Of a stretch of DNA of 64,000 bases, positions 18,234 to 29,363 are shown piece by piece. Origin of the DNA: a virus. Each line of letters opens with the position of its first letter. The first letter of the stretch is position 1. Below the pieces are notes generated by a model. That model did no database searches. It was given only the letters and a program-made list of their open reading frames with translations, and was not told the DNA's origin. The stretch covers positions 128,001 through 192,000 of the IMG/VR virus record IMGVR_UViG_3300045971_000895; one strand, 5' to 3'. The position numbers were made by a program, and so were the translations under genes.

Positions 18234-19457
18234 ATGACCCCAGAGATGCAGCTGGCACAGGCCCTCGGTGGCATCGACGAGAAGGAGAAGAAGGCCTACA
18301 CGCTGGCCGAACTCCACGGAGCTGCCACGGCAGTGGGTGCCGGCGCTGGCGGGCTGCGCGGAGCGATGAAGCCCGGCAAGGACGGGAAGGGGAAGACGAA
18401 GAGCCGCGTAAAGGGCGCGCTGAAGGGCGCCGCGAAGGGCGCTCTCGTGGCCAACCTGGCCGCCCCGGCAATCCCTCTGGCACAGATGACGATGGCCCAT
18501 CGCGGAGCGGTCGGGAAGGCCGCCAAGGACATCGCGGAGGTGTACGGCAAAGTGGCCTTCAACACAGGCGACCGCATCCGTCACAGCATCAAGAGGGTCC
18601 TCAGCAAGGAGAAGAAGGCTTTCGACCGGCGAGACATCGCAGGGCACGCCATCAAGGGGATCGCCGGCGGCACCGCGGCGGCACTCACAGGGGCGGCCAT
18701 CAACCACGTCATCAAGAAGCGCAAGGCCAAGAAGCAGGCCGCCATCCAGGCCGCCGACGCGGCTGGCCGCCACCTCGCCCAGGCCAAGACGAAGGAAGCC
18801 AACCTGATGATGGGTCAGGCTCTCCGCACCATGGCCCGCACCAGCGTCGCCAAGAAGGCTCTCGTCGGCGCGGCGGGCGGCGCGGTGCTCAACGGCGCCC
18901 GGGCAGCCGTCTCGAACGACCCCAACGCCAGCGTGGTGGGGAGCGCCCTCACTGGCGCCGCCGGCGGCGCGGCCCTCGCCGGCGGAGCCCACCTCGGCCA
19001 GAAGGCTCTCCTGAGCAGCAAGGGTGCCTGGGGCCAGCAGGCCCGCGGGGCGATGCGGCAGGCCAACGTGGCTGCCCGGGCGGCTCCCGCCGCTGCTCCG
19101 GCAGCTGGGGCGGCCCAGAGGGCCCTCCCGGCGGCGGCTCCGCAGAAGGCGCTCCCCGCCAAGGGTGGCGCTCCCGCGCCCGCCCCGACCCCGATGGCGG
19201 CCCGCGTCATGACGGGCACCGCCCCCGGCGCCGCGCCGGACCCGAAGGCGCTGGCGAGCGCCGTGAAGAAGGCCAAGCAGGCCCCCGGCGACATGGCTGC
19301 TGAGGTCGCTCGCCGCACCGATGCGGCGAAGGGAACTTCAGTCACACCCTCTCCCATCCCCGGCCCGAAGCCGCAGTCGTACGTGGACGCGAGGCAGACG
19401 CGCATGCAGGCAATGCGGGGACGGGTCGCGAGGGCGATGGGGATGGGCCAGGCGTAG
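18234..19457 (+). CDS. Ala/Gly/Lys-rich low-complexity virion protein (407 aa)
   Basis: ORF with an AGGAGAAGACATG RBS. Highly basic and Ala-rich, possibly an internal or ejected protein. Confidence 0.45.
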   Translation: MTPEMQLAQALGGIDEKEKKAYTLAELHGAATAVGAGAGGLRGAMKPGKDGKGKTKSRVKGALKGAAKGALVANLAAPAIPLAQMTMAHRGAVGKAAKDIAEVYGKVAFNTGDRIRHSIKRVLSKEKKAFDRRDIAGHAIKGIAGGTAAALTGAAINHVIKKRKAKKQAAIQAADAAGRHLAQAKTKEANLMMGQALRTMARTSVAKKALVGAAGGAVLNGARAAVSNDPNASVVGSALTGAAGGAALAGGAHLGQKALLSSKGAWGQQARGAMRQANVAARAAPAAAPAAGAAQRALPAAAPQKALPAKGGAPAPAPTPMAARVMTGTAPGAAPDPKALASAVKKAKQAPGDMAAEVARRTDAAKGTSVTPSPIPGPKPQSYVDARQTRMQAMRGRVARAMGMGQA

Positions 19458-19480
19458 GAGCAGACAATGAGAGGTAGCAC

Positions 19481-21286
19481 GTGGCGACTCGCCTCCCTCT
19501 CGATGCCAACGTCGTAGGCTACTGGGGCTTCGACGAAGCAAACGAGACCGACTACGGCATCGACGAGGGGAGCTACGGTCGGAACCTGACCATCGTAGCT
19601 TCCCCTTCCGTTGCCCCCTCTCGCGTCAACAACGGCCGGCAGTTCAACGGCTCCAGCACCTACGCCTACCCCATCTCTCCCGCCCCCTTCAGGCTGCTGG
19701 GGGACATGACGCTCATCGTCTGGCCCATCCTCGACCAGGTGAACAGCTCGGGCTCTCTCCTGCGCTGCTTGGTCGAGTGCTCGAGCGCCACCGACAACAT
19801 CCTCTACGGGCTCTACATCTCCAGCACGGGAGAGATCATCTACCGCCACGAGTACGGCGCCAAGGTCTTGGTCGAACTCAAGACAGCAACAGGCACGGTC
19901 AGGTCTGGCCGCTACTACTCCCTCGCGCTGCTTCGGGCGGCGAACACCATCTACCTCTTCATCGACAACAAGCTCTCCTCTTGGGCTTCTTGCACCGTGA
20001 ACGGGGCTACCCAATCGCCCACCCTCGCAGTCCCTGCGCCCACGGGTGGTGCGACGGCGCTCTTGAAGATCGGCAAGAGCGACCGCCTCGTCGACAACGG
20101 CTGGTGGCAGGGGATGGTGGACGAGCTCTCCATCCACGACGTGGCGAGGACGTACAGCCCCTACCTCCGCTCCGTCTACTTCCGCCTCACCCTCTACTCG
20201 AACTTCTTCCGCCTCACGGCCTACAACAACGTGAAGAGCGTGGGTGCCGCGGAGATGGGCGGCGGCTCGAGGTGGTGGACGTACGAGCGCGACGGGTCGC
20301 TCTACGCCGTACGAGAGAACACGCTCGGACTCTTCAGTCCGGAAGTGCAAATCACTTCGGGCGGTCCGGCCGCCACGGGGGCCATCAACCCCGGGGGCAC
20401 CGAGAAGCCAGAGCTCATCTATGACGCCGCCACGGACACGCTGCTCGTAGCCTTCGTCTCTTCCGGCAAGGTCTACAAGATGACGGCAGGAGTGGGAGAC
20501 CCACCTGCTACGCAGACGATGCCGTACCTGACTGAGTCTTCGACGGTGGTGAAGCTCCATCCTCGACAGTGGAGTGAAGGAGTGCGGCTTGGTGCCGGAG
20601 TCGGCCTGAAGCCGATCGAGCAGGTTGGGTACATCACCAGGACCCCTATCAAGGGCGCCTATGGAGACGCCGTCTTGGTAGGGGCAAACGAGGGCCGGCT
20701 GCGCTCCTTCCAGAAGGGTGATCAAGACGCCCCGAGCGACGCATACTCAACGGTGACGATCGCCTTCACAGGGAAGCCCAGCTTCGGCATCACCATCAGC
20801 GGGTCGAACGCCTACGGCTACTCGGTGTATTCCCTCATCGGCGGCGTTGTCCAACTCCTCGGGTACTCAACATACGTGTTGGAGAGCCAGCTGGGTCGGC
20901 ACTTCTTTGCCCTCTCGACTCGTCTCCGCTATCGAAGCTACTTCGTGCGTCCTCTCACCTCTCTGGGCGTGCCTGCCCTCACGGCGCGCTCCAACACCAT
21001 CAGAGACACTCTCGGCGAGGTCGACAATTACTACCTCACCTACCCGGACACTCTCGTCCTCAACAAGGATGGAGATCTCCCAGAGACGGTGGTTGCTGGC
21101 GTGGGGTCCATCCCTTCCCCCATCTTCCCTGTTGGCTACATCACCAGAACTCCGATCAAGGGCTCCTACGGTGAGGTGGGGTATGGTGCTGGGGTCGGTG
21201 GGGGTCTTGCCTTGAGCTTCTCTTCTACCAACGCTGGCAGCTTGGCGGTTTACACACGATCCCCTCCTCGGTGGAGATACCCATGA
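19481..21286 (+). CDS. structural protein with N-terminal LamG/concanavalin-A-like lectin domain (601 aa)
   Basis: 'LDANVVGYWGFDE...' fits a LamG-like beta-sandwich pattern. It continues through '...LFIDNKL...' to '...WQGMVDELSIHDVAR...'. Confidence 0.5.
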   Translation: MATRLPLDANVVGYWGFDEANETDYGIDEGSYGRNLTIVASPSVAPSRVNNGRQFNGSSTYAYPISPAPFRLLGDMTLIVWPILDQVNSSGSLLRCLVECSSATDNILYGLYISSTGEIIYRHEYGAKVLVELKTATGTVRSGRYYSLALLRAANTIYLFIDNKLSSWASCTVNGATQSPTLAVPAPTGGATALLKIGKSDRLVDNGWWQGMVDELSIHDVARTYSPYLRSVYFRLTLYSNFFRLTAYNNVKSVGAAEMGGGSRWWTYERDGSLYAVRENTLGLFSPEVQITSGGPAATGAINPGGTEKPELIYDAATDTLLVAFVSSGKVYKMTAGVGDPPATQTMPYLTESSTVVKLHPRQWSEGVRLGAGVGLKPIEQVGYITRTPIKGAYGDAVLVGANEGRLRSFQKGDQDAPSDAYSTVTIAFTGKPSFGITISGSNAYGYSVYSLIGGVVQLLGYSTYVLESQLGRHFFALSTRLRYRSYFVRPLTSLGVPALTARSNTIRDTLGEVDNYYLTYPDTLVLNKDGDLPETVVAGVGSIPSPIFPVGYITRTPIKGSYGEVGYGAGVGGGLALSFSSTNAGSLAVYTRSPPRWRYP

Positions 21287-21822
21287 TCGAAATCCATGAG
21301 CTCTCCCCTGAGGACTCTGCGCTTATCCTTTCCGCCATGCGCGGTCCTCCGAACGCCTCATTCGGTTGCTCCATCAAGGGCTTCTTCGACGCCGTCTGTC
21401 GGAACCCAGACGGAGAGGTTGCCTGGGAGATCCACCAACCGAACCTTCAAACCGACTACGGTCGGCGCACGTGGGCAGACAGGCTGTATGCCAACAGCCT
21501 CGCCCTCTTCACCAGTCCGGTCGGAGAGCCTGCTCTCGTCTCCCGTTACGCCCTCTTCGACCACTCTGGTCAAGCGCAGATCACCGCCGCGGTTACGCCA
21601 ACCGTAGACGGCAACGCAATCACCAAAACGGTCAGCACGATCTTCAACGTTCCGGCCTCCAACAGACAGCTGGCAGCTGTCGGCCTTGCGTCGACGGGTC
21701 TGGGGATCACTATCGGGGCGACCGGTGTGATGTGCTACTCCCTGATCAACCCGGTCAAGACCCAGACGACGATTCAGACGCTCGAAGTTTCCTATCGGCT
21801 CACCCTCCAGGCGGCGGTGTAA
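21271..21822 (+). CDS. hypothetical protein (183 aa)
   Basis: ORF overlapping the previous gene's end. Confidence 0.4.
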   Translation: MEIPMIEIHELSPEDSALILSAMRGPPNASFGCSIKGFFDAVCRNPDGEVAWEIHQPNLQTDYGRRTWADRLYANSLALFTSPVGEPALVSRYALFDHSGQAQITAAVTPTVDGNAITKTVSTIFNVPASNRQLAAVGLASTGLGITIGATGVMCYSLINPVKTQTTIQTLEVSYRLTLQAAV

Positions 21823-21825
21823 CTC

Positions 21826-24800
21826 ATGCGCGAGATTCTCAGTCAGGTTCGCATCGAACGTACGGGGCTTGGCGGTGTTCGAGAGGTCCTCGAGAAGGCC
21901 AACACGGTATTCAAGGCAGAGCTCGCTGAGGTCACCACCTGGTGGTGGAACGCAAACACGTCCGCCCCGAACCTGTACCCGCTCATGTGGCCCTGGAGGT
22001 CACATCCCGCGCTTGCCGCAGGAGCTGTACTGACTTCCCCAGTTCGTCACAGTTTCCTTGGGCTCGACAATACCTACGGGTATCCGGCGTACAACATTCA
22101 GGCCAACATTGCGACGAACGTCGACATCGGCAGGATGAGGATTGCCACAACTACCCCCGTGTCGGTTCTACAGGCCACCATTCCGGCGGTGTTCTCTGGC
22201 ATCGGTATCGGCCATGCGCAGAACCGTACTCTCAATTACAACAGCTACTGGGGTCACAACAACATGGTGTCGCTGACCGACCTGGGGGTTCAGCAGATCG
22301 GTATTCCTTACCTTCACCCGGCAGCAGCATGCACCGTGACCACGTCCGTGGGGCTGTCTTACATCACGTTCGTCACGAGCACGGTTAGCCTCAACTTCAG
22401 CGGAGGCCACACCCATCAGCATCTCACATCAATCTTGCGTATCGAGACGGGCGCAGATCGAGGGCAGTACTTCGTCCAACACCTCGATCGGACCAACGGC
22501 CGGCTGTATCTCCAGACGATGACGGGACAGCCGTTTATCGCACAGGCCTCTACCGTCGGAGTCGCCGCCAGCCTTTCGCAGCGTCCAGCCTTCTTCAATG
22601 AGACCGCCGTCATGTGGGCCTCTGTCGGGCGTGTCGACGTCGATGGTTTCTTCGACCCCGGTGAGAGCAGGAACTCACTCGCTTTCAGGGTTCACTTCGA
22701 GAAGAGCGGATCTCCGTCTCCGACAAACGAGGCGCAGCGTGGATCCTACTGGTTCTCCCATCGGCCTTGGTTGTGGGGGTCAGGGGGCTTTGACAGCGCC
22801 GCCAACTACGGTTCTGAGGACAATGGCTGTGCCTCGCATCGACTCATCTACCCCTCCATCGCCACTGAAGGGGGCTTCCACTACAACGTGAGTGGAGGAG
22901 TTACCGCATACTCTATCTGCACGGGGATGGGTCTCGACAAGGTGTCTCAGCGCCTCTGGCTCGCCCATGGCGACAGGTACACTGCCGGAGCCCCGTCCAG
23001 CATCGGGTATTGGAACTACAAGAGCCCGGAGACGATGCGGGAAGTTGCAACCACCACCGGTACTCCGAACGACCCTCTTCCGACGCCATTCACTCTTCCT
23101 GATGCCTCAACTGCGTGTGGGTGCGAGATCGGTAGTGACGGCACCGCGTACTTCCCGATCTACCACCTTACGGACAATACGAAGAACGGCGTGCTCGCCA
23201 TCAAGCGCGACCTGTCCTACACGTTCCTCACTGGGGCCGCGCTCGGCACCACGGGAGGCTATGCTCCTTCCGGTCTGGTGCTCGACAAGACGCGCTTCCG
23301 CTCGGGTACGGCGGGAGACGCTGCCTCGACCGTTGCCGGCCACATCACCTCTGCTACTGGGGCGTTCGCGGCGCAGGATATCGGCCGCTGCATCACCCTC
23401 ACAGGTAACGCGCAGGACAACGGGACATACCTCATCTCGGCGAGGAACTCCGCTACCGACGTCACGGTCACAACCCTCGCCGGCGGTGCCGTCTCCTTCG
23501 CCGGGGGAAGTGGGGGCACCTACTCCATCGGCGACCGCATCTACTTGTTCACGTCGACGGACACCGCATGGAACGCGGGAAAGATGTCGTACCTGGACTC
23601 GCTCTCTCTCACTCAGCGGTTTACCAAGACCGTGACGATGACGAACGGGACCACCATCGCACCGTACTACCTCGGCAGCGTGCCCTCCGCGTGCGTGGAT
23701 CCCCTCAATGGCAACGTCTTCTGGTACTCCACCGACACGGCGGGCCGCCTCAACAAGTTTGTGGTCTCCACAGGCTTGGTCGAACAACGGCCTCTCACAG
23801 ACTTCGCCGTTCAAGTTCCTGGATCCAACTTCAACCCGACGGCTCCGACCATCGCCTACTCGGTGGCGGTCAACACCAACACCTACTTCCGCGAGCTCTG
23901 GGTCGGTACCAACCAAGGACAGTTTAAGTTCAACCCTGACACATTCTCCGCACAGTTCTCTCGCTATTTCGGACTAAACACCACGGGAACATACGCGGAA
24001 GCTGACGGCAAACTGATGCTGGACGGCACAGACGCATCGTACACCAACATCCCCAAGGTCAGACAGTTCCTCTTCATGCCCGATGGGCAAGTCTACTGCT
24101 CACTGATGGAGATAGCCCAACAGGCCTACAGCCACCTCGTTCACCTCAATAGAGAATCGGACTGCTTCGAGGTCGGTGGGTTCCACGTCTCCGAGATGCC
24201 ATCGTACTGGTCTGGGGCTCCATACTTCACCAGCACCCCCAACATGCTGTACTTCATGGATGGGTATGGGGGATTCGTCTGGTATCGCCCGGAACGCAAC
24301 CTTGGAGCGACCTATCCTGGGCTTGTTGTCGCACACGTGAGCGCCACCCACTATCAGTGGGTCGGTGGGGCGTGGGTCGCTCGGGAAGTCGTGCGTGGGT
24401 CGCTTCCGGACGCCACGAGCTCCCCGGGCTGCCTCACCAAGCCTCTGCACACGACACTTGACGACCTCGTCTTTGGGGTGAAGGTCAAGTTCACTCGACA
24501 GGCTGGGGTCGGAGGGGAGAACACGGACTTCATCGGCCGTGTTGGCCAACTCGGTACCGCCAAGAACGACGGGGCCACTGCGTCTGGGGCCGGGAGCTTC
24601 ACCGGCTCTGGTTTCTCGTCCCTCAGTTTCATCGCTGCCGACAAGGGCCGTTACTACCTCCGGGTCGAGAGTGGCGCCGACGCGGGCGTCTACATCATCT
24701 CTGCTGTGACGAACGACACTCTTCTGACTCTCCAGAAGTTCAACGGCGTGGCTCTCTTGGCCACCGCCACAGCCGGATCTCTCCAGTACACGATCTGGGA

Positions 24801-27219
24801 TCTCGGCGCTGGCGCAGCCATCGGCCCAGAGAACTGCACTTTCACGGCGTGCACCGGCTACGCAAAGGACAACACCCAGGACATCACCGGCCTTCTGTAC
24901 GAGGCCTACGTCGCCAAGACGCTACTCTCGGAGCAAGAGGAGCCCATCAAGTTCGCGATGGATGTTGTGCCAGTTATGGGTGCTGGGGTAGCTCAGTGTT
25001 ACGCAGAATCCTACGCCGCTGCGAATCCCAACTTCTCTCCGTCGAAGCCTGCCCATCTGGCTCTCCCAGGGTCTCCTCTCACGGGAGGCGACCAGTTGCT
25101 GGACGGTTGTATCGCTCGGTCACTCGACGGGACCGGCAACAGAACCAACGTCCCGATTCCTACCTCCTTCATTGGGGGCACCGTCGTCAACGCTGTTGGC
25201 TGTGCCCACACGGTCGACGCGGGACTTGATGTGGAGATCGGTTCCATCATCATTCGGGCACGCGCCAGTACGCTCGCACAATACGCGCAGTGGCTGTCTC
25301 CTCTCGCGGCCAACGGCGGGCTGCTCGGCATTCTCTACAATGCGCCGAACGCTGGCGGTGCCCCGGCAGCATCGTCTTCGATCAGGACCAGCGGCACCGC
25401 CAACATCACTGCAACACTCAGCAGCACTACGATCTCCGTCAGCTCTGGCGACTTCCTGGGAACCTCGGTCTCCTCTGGCGCAGATGGAGAAACGAGCCCT
25501 GGGACCTACGGAGTCAACGTCTTCGTCTCTGCTGTCGGCAAGTTCACAGGCCACGCCGGGAAGGCCCTCAAGATCACCTCCGGGTCCGATGCAGGGTCCT
25601 ACCGGATCGTCTCCGTCAACGGAGACGGCTCGCAGGCAACCATTTGCAACCTCGACCAGACCGCCAAGTCATTCTCCGGTGCCGCGACCGGGCTCACTTT
25701 TGCCGTGCACGACAGCGTGACGGAAGAGGATCTCATTTGCATCCCGAGCCTTGCCGTGCCCACGTACCAGTACGTCGTGGAGCGGCTGCTCTCCACAACG
25801 ACGGCTCAGGTTCGTCATACCCCTGGAGTCACCTCTACCAACCAGAATTGGCAGTGTGTGAAGCCCACTTGGAGCGTGGTGAAGAGGCTCTCCTATTCGG
25901 GTACGGCCACTCCTCCTGATGTCGCCAACAACGGCACCTTCATCAGCAACGACGGCAAGGAGAACTTTAGTCAGCGCACGCTCTTCTCCGCTCAGTACTA
26001 CACATCTCACGACGTGAAGATCGTGTTCGACTTGTCCGATCTTCCTTCGGCAGCACGGACCGCTCGGTGGTGGAAGTTTGGCGCCACTGGTCGAACCTCT
26101 GGCTCTTTGGCTGCGATGACCTCGATCGACAGCATCGAGATGTTCGACACGAGCGGGAAGAGGCTGTTCCTGACGGACTACAGCCGGGCAGACTCCGTCG
26201 ACTCGCAACCGAACTTCCTTGCGGCCTGCTTCAACCGCGTGGACTTCATCCAGGCAAAGCAGAGCGCAGCTCCGCAGTACGCCTGGGCCAATGGCACGGC
26301 TGCCCTTGGTGGCACGGCGGGGGATACCATCACTCTCACCGGTGCCAACAAGTTCCTCGGCTTCCGGGTCAGGCCGAAGGGAACCAACGGCACCTCAAAT
26401 GGAACGAGCACCTTTACCGCTGGCGGTGGAGATCCTCCCTTCCTGACCTCCGACGTTGGCCGCTTCTTGGTCATCGCCAGCGGGGTGAACCTCAACGCCG
26501 TCTTCCGCATCTCCTCCTACGTCTCCGCGACGCAGGTGACTGTGACCTCTCCTGCTGGCAACGCGGCCACTGTCTCCTCCGACACGGCGGTCACCTTCTC
26601 CGTGCATGAGGGCATCAACGCCGGTGGAACTGTTCCGGACTACATCGTCCTCATGAGCGGCTCCAACCAGGTGGGGCTCACCGAGATGAGCATCCTCAGC
26701 ATCTCGGACGACCTGAAGACCATCGTGGTCAACGAGAAGCAGTGGCGCAGCGCGACCGGCCAGAACTGGGAGATCCGCAGGCGCTGTGTCGAGAACCGCA
26801 CGGTCACCATGGGCATCGACGCTACCAACGTCGCACGGCTCCTCTTCACCGAGCACATGTACCCGCAGCAGTCGGGTGATGTGAGCCAGGACATCAAGGG
26901 CGTCGTGAAGTTCTGGCCTGCCGACGTGGGAGGCACCAGCCTCACCGCAGGGGTGACCGTCGCCGGCGGCAACCACCTCCAGGCTGCTGCTTCCATCTTC
27001 ACGGCCGATGATGTTGGGCGTGTCCTCCTCATCACGGGAGGCACCGCCAACAAGGGACCGTACAAGATCGCCACTCTCGTCTCCGGCACTGAAGTCACGC
27101 TGGTGAACGCTTTCACCGGCGCCAGCCCGACCTTCGCCGGTGAGGTCTCTCTCACCTACACGATCAAGGGAGAGCGCCGCCACCGCTTCAGCCGCTACAC
27201 GACCGCCCTGAGGCAGTAG
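21826..27219 (+). CDS. giant beta-rich structural protein (1797 aa), baseplate/fibre-like
   Basis: Uninterrupted 5.4 kb ORF rich in Gly/Thr/Ser/Asn. No coiled-coil, so it is not a tape measure. Confidence 0.55.
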   Translation: MREILSQVRIERTGLGGVREVLEKANTVFKAELAEVTTWWWNANTSAPNLYPLMWPWRSHPALAAGAVLTSPVRHSFLGLDNTYGYPAYNIQANIATNVDIGRMRIATTTPVSVLQATIPAVFSGIGIGHAQNRTLNYNSYWGHNNMVSLTDLGVQQIGIPYLHPAAACTVTTSVGLSYITFVTSTVSLNFSGGHTHQHLTSILRIETGADRGQYFVQHLDRTNGRLYLQTMTGQPFIAQASTVGVAASLSQRPAFFNETAVMWASVGRVDVDGFFDPGESRNSLAFRVHFEKSGSPSPTNEAQRGSYWFSHRPWLWGSGGFDSAANYGSEDNGCASHRLIYPSIATEGGFHYNVSGGVTAYSICTGMGLDKVSQRLWLAHGDRYTAGAPSSIGYWNYKSPETMREVATTTGTPNDPLPTPFTLPDASTACGCEIGSDGTAYFPIYHLTDNTKNGVLAIKRDLSYTFLTGAALGTTGGYAPSGLVLDKTRFRSGTAGDAASTVAGHITSATGAFAAQDIGRCITLTGNAQDNGTYLISARNSATDVTVTTLAGGAVSFAGGSGGTYSIGDRIYLFTSTDTAWNAGKMSYLDSLSLTQRFTKTVTMTNGTTIAPYYLGSVPSACVDPLNGNVFWYSTDTAGRLNKFVVSTGLVEQRPLTDFAVQVPGSNFNPTAPTIAYSVAVNTNTYFRELWVGTNQGQFKFNPDTFSAQFSRYFGLNTTGTYAEADGKLMLDGTDASYTNIPKVRQFLFMPDGQVYCSLMEIAQQAYSHLVHLNRESDCFEVGGFHVSEMPSYWSGAPYFTSTPNMLYFMDGYGGFVWYRPERNLGATYPGLVVAHVSATHYQWVGGAWVAREVVRGSLPDATSSPGCLTKPLHTTLDDLVFGVKVKFTRQAGVGGENTDFIGRVGQLGTAKNDGATASGAGSFTGSGFSSLSFIAADKGRYYLRVESGADAGVYIISAVTNDTLLTLQKFNGVALLATATAGSLQYTIWDLGAGAAIGPENCTFTACTGYAKDNTQDITGLLYEAYVAKTLLSEQEEPIKFAMDVVPVMGAGVAQCYAESYAAANPNFSPSKPAHLALPGSPLTGGDQLLDGCIARSLDGTGNRTNVPIPTSFIGGTVVNAVGCAHTVDAGLDVEIGSIIIRARASTLAQYAQWLSPLAANGGLLGILYNAPNAGGAPAASSSIRTSGTANITATLSSTTISVSSGDFLGTSVSSGADGETSPGTYGVNVFVSAVGKFTGHAGKALKITSGSDAGSYRIVSVNGDGSQATICNLDQTAKSFSGAATGLTFAVHDSVTEEDLICIPSLAVPTYQYVVERLLSTTTAQVRHTPGVTSTNQNWQCVKPTWSVVKRLSYSGTATPPDVANNGTFISNDGKENFSQRTLFSAQYYTSHDVKIVFDLSDLPSAARTARWWKFGATGRTSGSLAAMTSIDSIEMFDTSGKRLFLTDYSRADSVDSQPNFLAACFNRVDFIQAKQSAAPQYAWANGTAALGGTAGDTITLTGANKFLGFRVRPKGTNGTSNGTSTFTAGGGDPPFLTSDVGRFLVIASGVNLNAVFRISSYVSATQVTVTSPAGNAATVSSDTAVTFSVHEGINAGGTVPDYIVLMSGSNQVGLTEMSILSISDDLKTIVVNEKQWRSATGQNWEIRRRCVENRTVTMGIDATNVARLLFTEHMYPQQSGDVSQDIKGVVKFWPADVGGTSLTAGVTVAGGNHLQAAASIFTADDVGRVLLITGGTANKGPYKIATLVSGTEVTLVNAFTGASPTFAGEVSLTYTIKGERRHRFSRYTTALRQ

Positions 27220-29363
27220 TGACCGTCTCCGCCATCAGCCAGGTGACGCAGGAGGGGTACGTCGAGTACCTCTCCTCGTTCTCCAAGAGCGGCGTGATGC
27301 ATCTCGCCTGGACCACGCAAGGGTCCGGGGTAGATAGGATCCTTCAGTGGAAGCCCCACACGAGTGGGGACTTCACCGAGGTGGCTGGGGCCACTCAAGC
27401 CTCGTTCCACAACGTAGCGACGATCTACGTTCCGTCGTCGAACGCGGTCGTCGCGGTCTTCGATGTTGGTGGAACGGACCTCTACGTGGCGCGGTTCGAT
27501 GAGACTACTGGGGCCACGCTTGCACTGCCGACCCGTCTCGGTGTTGGGATGAAGCCATCCATCCTGTACCGCGGCGGCGTGCAGGGGCCCACGCTCGAGA
27601 TGGTGTACGGGAACCCGAGACTGCCACAGGTCTACCTTCGGGAGAGCTTGGATGGCGGGGTGACGTGGAGCGGGGAGCGTCCCGTTCTTTCCAACTACGT
27701 CCGCAACACCGTCGACATCGCAGCCGTTCCCTTCGATGACACGCATGTCTCCGTTCTCCAGCTCGGCAACGATGCAAGGCCGATGTTGGAGACGGGCTCG
27801 TACACCCGCACCCGGCCGGTTGCCGGGATCCTGAAGCACCCGACGCTGCCCGACCAGTTCTACGTCGTCGAAGGGAGCAATCGTGGTACTCGCCTTGGTG
27901 ACTATGTACGTGGCGCCGTACTCGGTAGCAGTCTCAAGTTCCTCGACGGCGACCGGTACGGATCTGATGACGGTCTTGGCCCCCTCAGCCTGTTCAGTGG
28001 CTCTGGCCTCGTCCCGACAGTCGTCACTGCCCAAGTGGCGGGAGCAGCTCTTGGAGACGTCGTTGGGCCGGCGCAGGCAGCGGACCTTGCACTCGGCCCG
28101 ACCTACCTCTACGCGGCTCTCTACTCCGATGCAGTCGCCAACCAGGGCACGCTCTACGTTGCGCCCATCGCCGGGGGATCATCGGGGACTCCCATCACAG
28201 GCATCGCGGCAGTACACGCGGTCTCGGTGAGCAACGGCGTCCTCTTCGTGGCAACGCTCGAGGGGACGCAGGAGAAGCTCCGCATCTTCACGGAGAACGG
28301 GCTCACTCCTATCGCGCAGACCGACCACAAGATGCCCGCAAGAGTGAATAAGCTTCTTGCGGTGATGTCTTCTCCCTCCGTCGGGTACATCTACGTCTCG
28401 ATGTTGGACCGCTTCAACGTCTACAGGGTCGAGGGCCTTACCAGCCCCATTCGCATGGTGATGACGACCCCCGTGCTGAGTCGGGGATCCTTCTTCCAAG
28501 CGAAGGTGCTCTCCACGGGAAACATCCTCGTGGCGATGGGGGATGGTGGCATCATCGCCCTGACCCCCGAGGGCGGCGTCATCTCCGAGACCGTGCTCAC
28601 CGGGAAGATGGCTTCGCCCTGGGTCGCGAGCAAGGTTTACGCCTTGAACGACATCGTGGCGCCTACGTCCGAGTCGCCTTACGCCCAGTACCGCAGGTAC
28701 TTCCGCTGCTCGGTCGGGGGCACGAGCTACATCACCGAACCGCTCTGGTCACCGAGCGGGACCGTCATCGACAACACGGCGCAGTGGGTTGAGGTCGGCT
28801 CTGTCTCCGCCATCATCACGGGCCTCGAGGTCGATGAATCGAGATCTAAGATCTTCGCGGTTGGTGTTGTGGGAGGGAGCTCCGGCACATCGGGAAGGGT
28901 GTACTGCATCAGCGCCCCTGGTGTGGTCCCTGCCAACCCCATCTGGCGCGGCGTCGGCAGTGTTTGGTGGTTTGCCCGGCCTGACACGTTCTTTGAAGTG
29001 ACGGCCTCTGTGACGTATCCACCAAACAGTAACCCGTTCGCGTTCGACTCTTATGGTGCCGGGATAGGCACGGAGCAGTCCGTCGAGATCCGCTCACCGG
29101 GATCCTTCTCTGGGATCCAGATGCTTGGTGGCGGCGACTGGGAAGCCACCAACGGCCTTGAGCTCCAGCTCCTGCGTCCTGATGGAGTCTGGGTCACGGT
29201 TCGGGCTTGGCCTCCCGGTTTGGTCGTGGGCCTCGGCAGTTCCGAAGTCCTCTTTACGCCCCCGTCTTGGTGGGGGCTCTACGGAGGTTCTTACTGCGCC
29301 AGGTTCCACGGGATCGGTGTTCGATTCTCCGGCTCCGTAGATAGCCTCCGAGTCCTGTCCTGA
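27219..29363 (+). CDS. BNR/Asp-box (sialidase-like beta-propeller) repeat structural protein (714 aa)
   Basis: Asp-box 'SLDGGVTW' (S-x-D-x-G-x-T-W). Start coupled to the previous stop. Confidence 0.5.
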   Translation: MTVSAISQVTQEGYVEYLSSFSKSGVMHLAWTTQGSGVDRILQWKPHTSGDFTEVAGATQASFHNVATIYVPSSNAVVAVFDVGGTDLYVARFDETTGATLALPTRLGVGMKPSILYRGGVQGPTLEMVYGNPRLPQVYLRESLDGGVTWSGERPVLSNYVRNTVDIAAVPFDDTHVSVLQLGNDARPMLETGSYTRTRPVAGILKHPTLPDQFYVVEGSNRGTRLGDYVRGAVLGSSLKFLDGDRYGSDDGLGPLSLFSGSGLVPTVVTAQVAGAALGDVVGPAQAADLALGPTYLYAALYSDAVANQGTLYVAPIAGGSSGTPITGIAAVHAVSVSNGVLFVATLEGTQEKLRIFTENGLTPIAQTDHKMPARVNKLLAVMSSPSVGYIYVSMLDRFNVYRVEGLTSPIRMVMTTPVLSRGSFFQAKVLSTGNILVAMGDGGIIALTPEGGVISETVLTGKMASPWVASKVYALNDIVAPTSESPYAQYRRYFRCSVGGTSYITEPLWSPSGTVIDNTAQWVEVGSVSAIITGLEVDESRSKIFAVGVVGGSSGTSGRVYCISAPGVVPANPIWRGVGSVWWFARPDTFFEVTASVTYPPNSNPFAFDSYGAGIGTEQSVEIRSPGSFSGIQMLGGGDWEATNGLELQLLRPDGVWVTVRAWPPGLVVGLGSSEVLFTPPSWWGLYGGSYCARFHGIGVRFSGSVDSLRVLS

